From the NCBI GenBank assembly GCA_900088475.1, contig FLMG01001619.1, positions 1 to 47,973 of the forward strand: DNA of 47,973 nt. The letters run 5' to 3'. The notes beneath the pieces were generated by a model. The model did no database searches. It was not told the DNA's origin and saw only the letters and a list, made by a program, of their open reading frames with translations. Both the position numbers and the translations under genes were made by a program. The DNA comes from Hyphochytrium catenoides. Its lineage: Eukaryota; Protista; Hyphochytriomycota. Position 1 is the first letter of the stretch. Every line of letters begins with the position of its first letter. Shown here piece by piece: positions 36,779 through 47,973 of this stretch.

Positions 36779-38695
36779 GCCTGTCTCTCTCTCGGCCTTC
36801 GTTGTATTCTTATCACAAAAGTTCCTTTCTCTCTCTCTCTCTCTCTTTTCGACGTCCTCTATCCCTTTCTCTCTATCCTGTTCTCGTTCCTCCAATCTTG
36901 TTATTGTCTCTTTTCTGTTCTCTCTCTCTCTCTCTCTGAGGATCCTGTTGCAACCTGACGACAGCTTCCTCGTCGTCCGGCGTTCCTTCCAGGCAATGAA
37001 CAGCAGGAAGAATAACACCCTGTTCTTGGCTGTTCAAGGATGAGATCTTCTCCACTTGATCCATGCCTTGTAAAGTGAGAGAGGAGAAAAAAGCAAGGAA
37101 AGAGAGAGAGAGAGAGAGAGAGAGTTAGGCAAAATGTTCATGCGGAGCACGAGTCTACCTTCATCACCTGATACTCCTTCCTGCAACTGGAACAGAACAG
37201 ACGAGGTAGTAGTAGTAGAACGAGAGAGATCGTCCTTTTCCTCCTCAGTGCCAGTAGCAGCCACAGACAGAAGTGATGGAAGAGAGAGAGAGACTTGAGC
37301 TGTGTCTCTCTTCACTTCCGAGTCAGAGAGCTCGACTGCCTCCTCGGGCTTTGTGTCCTCCTTAACAGCCACAGCAGCCATCAATGGAGGAGGAGTGAGC
37401 GGGACGAAAGCTCTCTGGACCTTCATCATCACTGGTACTTGAGCCACAGCTTCCCTCTCCAGGAGAGACGAGAGAAAAAAGTTCCAGCGAGACAAGATCC
37501 TCTCCCTTCTTTCTTGCCTCACAGCAGCCACCGCAGCCTTGAGTTCCAGGAAGAGAGGAAGTTGAGACACTTGAGCAAGAGAGAGAGATCTGGCCCTCTC
37601 TTCCCTGTCCGCCGCCGCAGTCATCAGATCCTTCCACAAAGAGAGAGACGCCACCCACGAACGGAAACCCTCTCTCTCCTCTCTCCTTCCAGAGACATGG
37701 GCAGCCAACTGAGTTAGCTCTGCGGAGAGAGAGGGAGAAAGTCTTCCCTTAACGAAACGCTCTGCTCTTGCTTGTCTCTCTGATGCCATTGAGAGAATTT
37801 CCTGGAACAGAGAGAGACGTTGTCGTTCTCTCTTCTCCCTTCGAGCAGCTATGGCTGCAGTTGCCGCAGGGAGCAGCTCCGCCAAAAGAGAACGCATATT
37901 TCGTTGTACCCTGTCTCTCACTTTTCTTTTCTTAGATGTCTCCTGATACGCTCTGCGGAGCTCTGTCAAGAGAACAGAAAGCTTTTGCCTAGATTCTTTC
38001 TCGGCCAGTCTGCGAACAGCCCTTTCTCCTGCTGCTGACATCAGCTCTGGAAAGAGAGAGAGGGTCCTTGGTTGAGATAGAAGTCTTGCTCTCTCTTGTC
38101 TTCTGGCAACTCTAGCACCAGCTTCAGGGACAAGCTCTTCCAGGACTCTGAGAGGGAGAATGAAGAGAGAGAGAACTTGCCTTCTTGCAGCTCTCTCAGC
38201 AACAAATGTTACCAGTTCGTCGAAGAGAGAGGCAGGCCTGGGAAGCGAGAGACGACGTGCTCTTTCCTCTCTCCTTAGAAGACTGCCCTTAGCTACCTGC
38301 TGGAGTTCTCTATGGAGAGAAGAGGGAAATCTGACGGTGGAGAGCAATAACACCGCTCTCTCTTCCCACCTTTTGGCTCTCCGAGCGGCGGCCTCGGCCA
38401 ATTCGAGAGAAAGACAAGGCGGGAGCATTGAGAGCGCGGCGAGAGGGACAAGCTGGGTTGATCTCCTGGTCGCCCTTTCAGCGGCCGCAAGGAGAAGCTC
38501 CTCCTTTAAGGGGCACGAGAGTACCAAGGGTAGGAAGGCTCTCCTCTCTTGGTTGCGATGGCGGTATGTCACTACCGCCAGAGTAGCGACACACACCAGG
38601 AGAGGGGGACATAGAGGTGATGCGCTGATGAGCCCGGGAAGGACGGACTGGCAGACAGCCAGGGCTGTCTGCCTGAAGGAGAGGCCTCCTCTCAT
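32780..38695 (-). CDS. Large orphan protein: N-terminal hydrophobic segment, ~12 degenerate helical repeats, then many low-complexity exons; 3' end not resolved
   Basis: 553-codon ORF 38695-37034 plus phase-compatible downstream exons (GMDQVEKISS..., RLSPRSRRRVASQILDSIIAEV..., SHNRRTLATQFVDLILAQV..., VSAYEKGND..., SACAVTELAG...). Exons below ~35000 are tentative. Confidence 0.55.
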
Positions 38696-41009
38696 ATCTC
38701 TCCTGCCTCCAGGAGGCCAATGAGAGAGTAAGATAATATAAGGATCGATGATGAGATGGTAAGAGATGTGAAAGAGAGAAGAAAGAGAGAAGAAAGAGAA
38801 CGGGGATCGCTGTGTTTTCCACTTTAGCGAGAGAGAGAGAGACAGATGTAGACCTATCGTCTTGCTGCCAAAATTGAAAGCGGTCGTCCTCTCCTACAAC
38901 GCAACAAGTTGAAGAAGAGAGACTGGCGATCCGAGATGGTCAAACTCCACGGAGACGGAAAGGCTTGGTAATCTTCGCAGAGTGCGCTCTTCTTTGCGAA
39001 GAAATCGAACGGCGGCAGCGCCATTGCCAAGGGTCGCGTATGGCCCTGTAGAAAGAGCTAGGGAGAGAGATAACGAAAAGAGAGAGAGAAAGAGACAGAG
39101 AGAAAGAGGAAAGGGAGCCGACGAGAAAGAGAGCGGGAGAGAATAGAGGCAGAGCCAGAGGAGAAAGTGAAGATTGGGCGAGAAAGAGATAGAAAGGGAA
39201 CAGGGACAGGGAGAGAGAGGGGGCGAGAGAGAGAAAGAGAAAGGGAGAAAGAGAGAAAGAGAGGGGGCGCCAGGCAGAAAAAGTAGACAGAGAGAGCTGT
39301 ATGATGGCAGTAGAGAGGGAGTCGACGGATCCGGTCTTTATGAAAAGTTTCTTTCCTTTCCACGCCCATTGCTCTCCCTGGATACCTTGGCCGTCTTTTA
39401 GATTGAAAAGTTCCACTCTTCTCTTCTCTGCCACTCTCTGTGGCGGCCGCCCGCCTGCCTAGTCTGCCGTTGTCTCCTCTAAGCGGATCTTCCTCTTATT
39501 ATCTCTCCTCATCGAATTCAAACTTGCTTCTCGCCTCGCACGGGCTCTGTCTCTTGCTTCATCCGTAGGATAGCCCCTTCAGCTTCGTCTCTATGTCTCC
39601 GCTCTTTCTCTTCCAATCTTGGTTCCTTCTTCTCTCTGTCTCGCGGGTCCTGGGAAGTGAAGGGTCACACGGACTGCCTTTCTGTCTCTACTACTGTTTT
39701 ACCAGCAGCAGACCACTGCTCGTTCTCACTGTCTCTCACTCTGTCTTGCGCCTCTCTATCGGACCGTGTCTCTGTCTGCCTGGCGCTTGTCATTCTGTCT
39801 CGATGGTTTCCCTTCTTTAGGGTTCTTTATCAGTACAGTAAATTTACTCTGTCGTACTCTTCTGTATCTCGTGCTCACCTCTACCCTATCTCTGCTGTCA
39901 CTCTGTCTCTCTTCTCTCTCTGTCTCACCTGTCTCTGTAGATAGTGGTGCCACATCCCTAACATATATACAGGGCTTCTCTCCCCTTCCTCCCCTCCCTT
40001 CCTGTCTCTCTCTCCCTTGCAGTAACCGCCCGTATAAGATCTATGCCTAAATCCGACTGTATAAATGTATGGGGAAGTGGTAATGTGAGTGACTTTTCTT
40101 GAGCCTAGCCACCAACAATAGATCAATTATCAAAACGATATTGAACATTACGACAGACGTGAGAGAGTAATAATACCGCAAATATGGTTCCTGGGGGAGA
40201 ACAGAAAGCTCCATCCAAGGACCAAGGACGAAAATACGAAAACAGGTTGGCGTACTACGACAACTGTACACAATTTTTGGTGTTCTTGGAAGAGCTGACG
40301 ATGCTTCGTTTGCCTTTAGTTCCAAGTGCTTGGCAGGGTGGCAGGGCAGTCCAGAAACAGAGGTGGTCGGAGATTAGCCAAAGAGATTAGCCCAAGCTTT
40401 GAAGATTATAGATCTGGCATTCAATGCTCACGAAGGACAAAGGCTGTACCAATGACGATGAAAGAAAGTGGTCTTTCTATTTGCTCTCTCTTTCTCAGCC
40501 CTACTTTCGGACCGTGTGCTATCATAGTCGCAAGGGAAGCTTACTGCTCACGAAGAGACCGAAAATGCGGGCTTTGGACTAAGTTTTTGTATCATTCTCC
40601 GAGCTCCTTACCGATGGATCCAACTTCCTGTCCTTCTCCAGGAACGTGTTCCTCGAAACTACTACTGCTCCTACCCAATATAAGGTATGAGTTCACGCAA
40701 ACTAGGGCCAACCCTATCAAATATATTTCCTCATAGACTTATTTAGGCCAAAGAGTACCGATCTCACGCAGCCGCTTACTTATAAGGGGAAAAAGAGACA
40801 GGAAAGGCGGAGGACGAGGGAGGGGCGGTGGGCCCTGTGTATATATTAGAGATATGGCACTGGCACCACCATCAGGAGACAGAGAGAGATAGAGAGGGAA
40901 AGAGAGGCTGCCAGGGGCCAAGTTAGATACTCCTCACTGTGATCTCCTGGTGAAGGTAAAACTGTAGTAGAGACAGGAACAGTAAGGAAGAGAAAATAAA
41001 GACAGGTCT

Positions 41010-41628
41010 GTGAAGGTGCAACTTTTGGAACTCTTGCGAGACAGAGAAAGGAAGAGACCAAGATTTTTTATGAATGAATAAGAAGAATAGAGCGAGGAGA
41101 AAGAGATGAAGATGGACGAGGTAAACTACGGAAAAGAGAAGAGACAGAGCCTCGCTCGGCGAGGCAACCAGCGAGCTCTTGCTTGATGGCAAGAGAAGAA
41201 GATAAGAGAAAGATCCCCTCATGGAGCCAACGGCAGCCTGGCCCGGGATACCGCCAAAGAAACCTGCAAAAAAAGGGATAGGTAATGTTCAGTTTATGAC
41301 TAACATCAACGAGCTGTAGTCCAGCGAGACTAATGCATGGACCAGATGGAAAAGAACATCTTTCATGGCGGTGTTGGAACCCTACGCACCTACTCGCTTC
41401 TCCCCTGCTCGCCTTTTCAGCTGCGGCGAGAAGGAGCTCCTCCTCGATGGAGGGATAGAGAAAGGGTCGGCAGCCTCCTCTTTCTTGCTTACGGGGGCGA
41501 AATGTGACTACCGCAAGAGTAGTGACGCCGAGAGCGAGTGAAGAACATAGAGCTGTTGCGCTGATTATCCCCGGGTGTTATATGTGTATACTCCGTGTAG
41601 TAGTACCATATACTCCTCTGAACGATAA
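41010..41628 (-). pseudogene. Decayed tandem paralog of the 5' part of the 38695 orphan repeat gene
   Basis: 41574-41404 reads PGIISATALCSSLALGVTTLAVVTFRPRKQERGGCRPFLYPSIEEELLLAAAEKASR, against 38638-38465 PGLISASPLCPPLLVCVATLAVVTYRHRNQERRAFLPLVLSCPLKEELLLAAAERATR. In-frame TAA at 41580-41578 and no in-frame ATG. Confidence 0.75.
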
Positions 41629-44381
41629 GCTCTCGCCTTTTCTCTTGGAGCTAGCGCTGGGGCCAGGAGGTGGATAGGACAAGTCGCGGGCGGGAGCGCC
41701 GCGGCTTCAGAGGAACTAGCTGACGAGGATGGCTAGTCTGAGTCTCCTGGGCCAATGGTGGATTATCAGGGTAGCGCTTACTACAAAGGAGGCTGCTCTC
41801 ATCCCTAGTTCTATCCCTTCTCTCCCACTTCGCTCTCTGTTCTCCCTGAAATTGGTTTGCTTTTGCTAACAATGCTAATCAGTCAATAAAGTTTAATCTT
41901 AGAGAAAAGTCCTTAGAATCGCCTTAGAAGTCTCTGCAAAGCTGTGTCGGAGCTGGGGGCCTGGCCTGCGAAGCGAAGACTTAGCTAAAGCCATTGACTC
42001 ACTCTTTTACATACTACACAATCTCATTACTTCTCACCTAACCATTGTCGATTATCATCCCCACATTGTTTGCCGTATCCTTCTCAACAGTAGATGCAGC
42101 AGGCAGATGATTGAAAAAAAGACAAAGATACTAGAGATGTCTTCTCTCTCTCCTCAACTCCGTCTTACAGAGCTTCATCCAAACCCTCCAGCTGTCTTAT
42201 CCTACTTGCTAAAGCCGTAGGTGGCCTCACACACTTAATGCAGGCGTACTGCGAGGAGGAAAGGCGGAGTTGTAAGAGCATGATGCGTTTACGGCGGCAA
42301 TAATGATGCTTGTCTTTTTCAGATGATGCTTTTTAGCATGCCTCACGAACTATGTTGCTTGAGGAACAACAGCCTCTTGATCGGACGTGCTCCTGCCTCC
42401 CTCTCTCTCGTGCGAGGTACTTTATGGATAACGTCCTGGGCATCTGCGTCTATATCTCCTCGTTCTTTCTCTGTCTAGGTCCAGAAGCAGGTGTTTCCCT
42501 GAAGAGTGGGAGTTGAGAAAAAGACCACTAGGGATTTGATTACATGGCATGTATGGCCGACCTCCTCCTTTCCTCTCCCTTCCGCTTTACCTTATATCGG
42601 GCCCTCTTTCAAATAGCTATCCCTTAAATCTCCTCCCTAACCATCACACCCAAGGCACATCGCATAGTAGCGTCTATTCTTCCTTCTTCTCCGGGCCTGC
42701 TTGGAGCCTCCTTCTCCTCCTACTATGAGAGTGACAGTCACAAAGTCCGGTCGGGGATAATGATATAGAATACCTGCTTCGCCAAAAAGCTCGCGGTACA
42801 TGTTCAGACGAGAGAGTGACAGTGATATGCGTGGCTCTCTCTTTCCTTGTCACAACTCTAATAATGAGTGACATTCCGTGCCACCATCCTTCTCTATCTA
42901 GTCCATGTGCCGAGTACTAGAGCTCCTCCAGAACCCCAATCCTACATTCACATGGATCCACAAAGGCGGGACCTAGCAAGAACCACGAAGAATAGATTGC
43001 CATGAGCAGGGGGCAATTGAACTTTCTCTAGGGCTTTCTTCTAAGGATGAACCTCGTTCGACGGCCAATAAATAAGTATCATAAGAAGCACTCTAAAAAA
43101 TAGGCGACTTCCGACGCCTGATGACTTAGGTCTGGATGGCTGGAAGCTCGTGGTGCTAATATCATGCTAAACATGCATCATAGCGAGGAAAGAAGAAGGC
43201 GTTCGGAGCCGCAGGAAGCTGCAGATCAGGCCGTTAGTGCCGCTCATCAGCAACAATGAGCTGCCGATAAGAGAGTTATAACCAGAATCAGAAGAGCTTC
43301 TTGACATGGATCTTTGGAATCCTAACCGTTAACCGCCGTTTCTGTAACGGACAGATTGCTCTCATAGAAGGTCTGTACACTGCATAAAAAGCACGTCGTT
43401 CGTCGTTGTAGTTGGGAGTTTGTGTGAGAGATCAACCAGATCTGGTCCCAGAAAGCTGCTAACGACCTTGTCTGGGTTACTGTAGTGTGGAATAGGCGAA
43501 GCGTCACAGCAGTGAGCTCAGCAGTGCTGCTGTCTCTCATCATCAGGCAGGATGACAGTACAATGAATGAAGCAGCAGGGCCCTCGGTCCGTCGGTCGGG
43601 AGACTGGCGCGCGGGCCGGGCCCTCTCATAGTCTCTACCTCTACAAAGTGATAAGAACACGCTTCCTGCTGCCAGATCTCTGCCCTGTTTAGAAGGCTTT
43701 AGACGGAGCCCGTATATGGATCTCTCTGAGTCTGTCTCTTCTCCTCCCGAGTCGGTCCGGCATCAAGCTTGATACCAGTACCGCAGTAAGATATCAGCCC
43801 AGGATATCCACGCACTCAGCCCTTGAAGTTTGTAGGCCCTCCTTTCCTCGTCTTACGGCTCTGGCATTATTTTTCACTAAGCTTCATTGGAGGTCGCAGC
43901 GCAGCCCCATCGCGGCAGACCGGAAGCTTTTTTCCTTTTCAACGTATGTTTCGCGCTTTTGAGTGTTGCGGCATCTGCCCCCCGGCTCCTGAAGAAGATG
44001 ATGGTGGTTCTGAGCGGAAGTCGACACGCCGCCAAAGATCTGGCACGACAGGTACAGATGCATCACAGTGCAATGACAGCCCTCTACCAGCCACAATAGG
44101 GTGTGGCGAAGGTATCCATACGTTCGTCGTTGACACTGATGTCAGCTTTGCGCTTGCCCTCAGAGCGATGGCTGCCAAGTCGGAACAGCGTGAGTCTGCC
44201 TCCCGAGGAACGGTTAAGCCGCCTGGAGCGCTATGAAAGGGCACTAGCAAGCATAAGGCAGCATGATTCCCACTGTGCAGCCTTCGATAGCACGGTATGA
44301 ATGGCTTCTTTCAATCTCCTCCCGCGCGTGCTTTTCTTCTCTTTTTATTGGCAGAGATAACGGGTGGTTATCTCGATACGC

Positions 44382-46951
44382 ATGACTTGGCTATGTCCCT
44401 TCCGTATGGTTAGCCGCCCTATTATGGCTGGCCCTACGTCTTCATCGTTCGCCGTGCTTGTCTGTCGCCCGTCACTGACTGTTTCATCACCCGATCGGTC
44501 CTCACTGTACTGTTCATGGCTCTGCAGCTCAAAGGCTGTTCCGTGCTGGCTGTGTCAGGTGGCGGTGTCCTGGGAACCGCATACTGTGGCGCTTTCTTGG
44601 TAAACCTATAAGGCCCCAGCCTATCTTCTCAGGGCTATTGATGATGATGAACTGTAAGACTGATGCTTACCCTATTCCGGCCCCCTACAGGTCCTGGAGC
44701 AGCATGGCCTCGACTGGCAGAAGATTCAGAAACTCGTTGGGACTTCAGTTGGGGCCATTACCGTGGCAGCCCTAGCAGTGGTACTAATCTTAGGGCTTGT
44801 CCTTCCCCTTTGCTTTAGGTTTTCTTAACGATCCTCCCTCATGTCGCCGCCTTAGGCTCTTTCCTAATGTCGCCAACCTTGCCCGCCTATGGCTGTTGTC
44901 ATGTTTCTTGCCGTGAGCATGTTGGCTGCTCTTAGTGTCATAGGTGAGGAAGAGAGGCTAACAATCACCTTCTCATGTGTCTTAGGGGCATGATGCTATG
45001 TCGTGTTTTGAGCAGATCCAAGGGCTCTCGTTTTCGTCGCTTCTACAGTTTGAAGGTCCTTATCTCTAACTCCTTTACCCTTTACAGCTCGTTCAAAGTC
45101 ATCATCTTTCCTTCCGTCCGTTCTAGGCAGCGCTATTATGAAGATGAAAGGACTCACTTCGGGCAAGGCCTTGGAGGACTGGGTCGGTCAGATGTTAGCA
45201 GAGAAATGCGGCAGCGCTGACATTACCTTCCAAGAGGTTTTCGAACGCTATGGGAAGTCGCTGGTGATCGTGGCAACAGAGCTGGACACAATGCGAGAGA
45301 AAAAATTCACTAGGGACTCAGACCCCCATCTCAAGGTCAGCCAACTCATGTTTATCTATAAGGATGTCGCTTGGTGGATATGCTAGTCTTAGAACGAGAC
45401 CTGTGATTGTATAGAAAATCCATCTGACTAGGTTGTTAGGTACAAATACTGGAGCTCTCGGGCAAGACGAGCTTGAGCCGAGCCGAGCCTCACCCCGTAA
45501 CGGAACGACTTTTCTACTAAACATTGCCGTCTGCTCTTCAGGTCAGAAGTGCCGTCCGTATGTCTTGCGGCGTCCCTGGTCTATTCACTCCTTATGAATA
45601 CCGAGGGCACCAGTACGTTGATGGCATGCTGGTAAGAAGTGTCCTAACATCCTTGATGGCTCTTCTTGTCACTCATCAACTCGTACTCTTCATCATAACT
45701 CGTGGCCTGGCCCTAAAGGTAAATAACTTCCCGGTTGATGAGCTGCCTGAACAAGGAGGCATTGGCATTGTCCTGCGGACCGCTGACTGGGTTTTAAGAA
45801 ATGGTAAGGAAATTGCCCTCCAGCAGTTCCTCCCATTCCTTTATATGTGTCCGGCAGCTTTCCTTCTCACTAACGGTGAACCGTTGGCTGCTGTCTGCCT
45901 TGCAGGACTCTTTGCACATATTGACACCAAAGATGTGCCGAGCTTGAAGAGGCACTACACTGTGCATTCGGCAGCAAAGAAGAGGCGGGATGCAAGGCTC
46001 AAGTTAGACCATGTGGTGACGATCGTCGATGCCAGCATTGATACTATGATGGACAGGTAGTATGCATCTTGGTCGCAAATTCGAATGAGCTATCTGAACC
46101 ACCTGTCTACTATCAGAATCTTTGAGCTGCAGACGCAGCTAATCGAGCTCAAATCTGGCGTCAAGATGGAGCAAGCATTGGGCTCATTGGCTCCTGGTAG
46201 AGGAAGGAGTTGTGTACGCGTCTCTTTCTGTACGCGTCTCTTTCTCCTTCTGACGGCTTAAATGCTCTTTGTCGCCCCGCCAGAGATATTATTCATCTGT
46301 ACTGGAGAGTATACCAGCGCAGACACGAAGATGACGAGCTCAGATCAGCAAGAACTGTTCTATAATGGGCAGCTATCAGCATACCTAAATATTCAGGTGA
46401 CATTAGCCGGTAACCAATCAGAGAAAGAAGCCGGGAAGGGTTGAGACAAGCACTGCAAGAGCCGTAGCATTACACAGTTAGACAACCAAAGAGAGAGAGA
46501 TGGGGCCATCCGTAGTGAGCTCGAACCATGTCTTTTGACTGATGTCCAAGTAGGTATCAAGGATGAAGCCTGAAACTTACGGCTCTTTCGCTGTTCATCG
46601 CTTTTATAGGCTTACATGGCCTTCCACGCCCGCCGGCAAGCGCTGCTGGCGCAAAGAGAGGAAAAGCTCCCTGAGAACGAGTCTACGATACTCACTGATG
46701 GGCCCTGGAAGGCACCAGCTCCACTTCTTAGCGAGATTCAGGCCATTCTTTTGGGCCTGCCAGAGCTAGACGAGGAAGCAGAGAAAGAGGAGGAAGAAGA
46801 CGCAGTAAGAGAAGAGCAATTCTCTCCAGCGAACAAGCCTCTCCTTAATAAGCCTCAGTTCGCTGATGATCTGCTTGAGGTGGACAGAATAGCCACAGAC
46901 CTAAAGGGAAAGCGACCTTTCTTGTCCTCTCCCAAGCTCCACTCAGCCTAG
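44382..46951 (+). CDS. Patatin-like phospholipase (ExoU/VipD-like subgroup), at least 10 exons; start uncertain (44382, or upstream exons from 43946)
   Basis: Spliced motifs: LAVSGGGVLGTAYCGA (oxyanion hole), VGTSVGA (GxSxG), ITFQEVFERYGKSLVIVATEL, AVRMSCGVPGLFTP, YVDGMLVNNFP. Confidence 0.88.
46212..46244. repeat. 16-bp tandem duplication TGTACGCGTCTCTTTC x2 in a patatin intron
   Basis: Directly visible. Confidence 0.85.
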
Positions 46952-47616
46952 ATGGCCCTGCGGCCTCCACATTCCCCCAGAGCTGTACCACCAAGCTCGT
47001 GCTGTCTCTCTCATCTCTCTAATGTGACGGACAGTGCTGCGCTGCGGATGACTCTTACCCAGCAGTGAAGACTTCTTTTTGGCGTTGTTCACACACCTAT
47101 GAGGCGCTTAGTAGTGTGAGCTTACTGCCCATTTCAAAGCAGCAAGGCCTTGCAATGATGACCCAGCAGTTTCTCCTCCTCCTCCGGCCAGATGATGGAC
47201 AAGCAGCAGCAGCAGCAGCCATCATTCAAACAACAACCACTACACTGTCAGACAGCAGGGCCGCTGGTCCATTGCCTATCCCTCTCTGTAGAAGACGGGA
47301 GGAGAGCCTGGGAAGGTAGTCGCAGACCCAGCGGCAGCGTGCAGCAGCAGTCGCACCTGCGGCGGGCCAGAAGAAGACTACGAAACGGTCCTGCGGCTGG
47401 CGGCTGGCGCCTGGACAGGAGGAGGGAGACCATGCACAAAAGTGCAAGATTCAGGGAGAATAACGTCCTATTGTAAATAGTATCTCCTATTCCTCAGAAT
47501 CTACTTCACTACGAGGCTTTCTATTCAGAATCTGCCGACAGGTGGGTCCTTTGATGATGACCAAACGGCAGCGGCGTTCTTATGCCAAGTCATCAGCCAC
47601 AAAGGCAGGGGGGAGA

Positions 47617-47661
47617 NNNNNNNNNNNNNNNNNNNNNNNNNNNNNNNNNNNNNNNNNNNNN
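47617..47661. other. Assembly gap (45 N) within a (GA)n tract
   Basis: Ns flanked by GA repeats. Confidence 1.
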
Positions 47662-47973
47662 GAGAGAGAGAGAGAGAGAGAGAGAGAAAGGGGGGAATGG
47701 GAGGGGTGACGAGTGAGGAAGAACTCTTCCTTCCTAGTAGTCTCTAAGCCATCGAACTATCAAGAAGGAAATCCAACAGGGGAAGCAAGGAAGAGTGCAT
47801 GCAGACGGCAAGCTGGCCCCTGCTCTTTGTCCTTGCTATCCTCTAGAGCTACCCCTGCGCCATCTTCTCTCTCTCGCTTTTCACCCTCGAGTTCCACCCA
47901 GAACTCGCGGCAGGTACCTCCTCCTGGCCCCATCCTATACCCAGGCAGCTCTCTCCATCCTCCGCCCGCCGGC

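Noticed and set aside
24646-39434. Many ORF-track entries rich in SLSLSL or RERERE
   Set aside because: They are translations of stop-free (CT)n/(GA)n microsatellites in introns, not independent genes.
38854-39512. Possible N-terminal extension or stop-codon readthrough of the orphan gene via upstream exons (39458-39386, 39045-38854)
   Set aside because: The joined frame is closed by TAG codons. At best these are 5'UTR exons with short uORFs (for example 39024-38854), and nothing supports readthrough.
39950-43800. Gene-poor stretch as a possible transposon or viral insertion
   Set aside because: No transposase, RT or integrase motifs, and no terminal repeats or TSDs seen. Only the pseudogene fragment is supportable.
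44638-44666. TGATGA…CTGA in a patatin intron resembling C/D snoRNA boxes
   Set aside because: The boxes are only ~10 nt apart, with no terminal stem or guide region.
47050-47973. Short ORFs with a (CAG)n run near the right edge
   Set aside because: Interrupted by an assembly gap. Strand and frame are ambiguous; it could be the 3' end of a gene outside the window.

Overview
Gene-dense, intron-rich eukaryotic nuclear DNA, most likely a stramenopile (inferred from eIF1 signatures such as LADDLELKRITKAFKKNFSCNG and QLSGDQRANVREFLVDQEIC). It has many (CT)n/(GA)n microsatellites and two N-gaps. By manual splicing I support about 12 protein genes: NDUFA2/CI-B8-like with a long C-terminal extension (-), MED18 (+), eIF1 (+), Tim17/22/23-family (-), KDEL receptor ERD2 (-), an At1g75140-like membrane protein (+), a TPR-DNAJC8 fusion (-), a ~1450-aa type II membrane protein ending in REEL (+), a small membrane/secreted protein with an LNKYGD...YMGGTPLFNE...PW domain (-), a ZC3H3/Red5-like CCCH protein with a GC-AG intron (+), a large orphan helical-repeat protein (-) with a decayed tandem paralog 3 kb away, and an ExoU/VipD-type patatin (+). 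I found no rRNA, tRNA, CRISPR or recognisable transposon. The most notable items are the orphan repeat protein (with AKAP-like helices) and its pseudogenised copy, eIF1 in an optimal start context, and the REEL protein. All family assignments are from memory of family motifs, not database searches.
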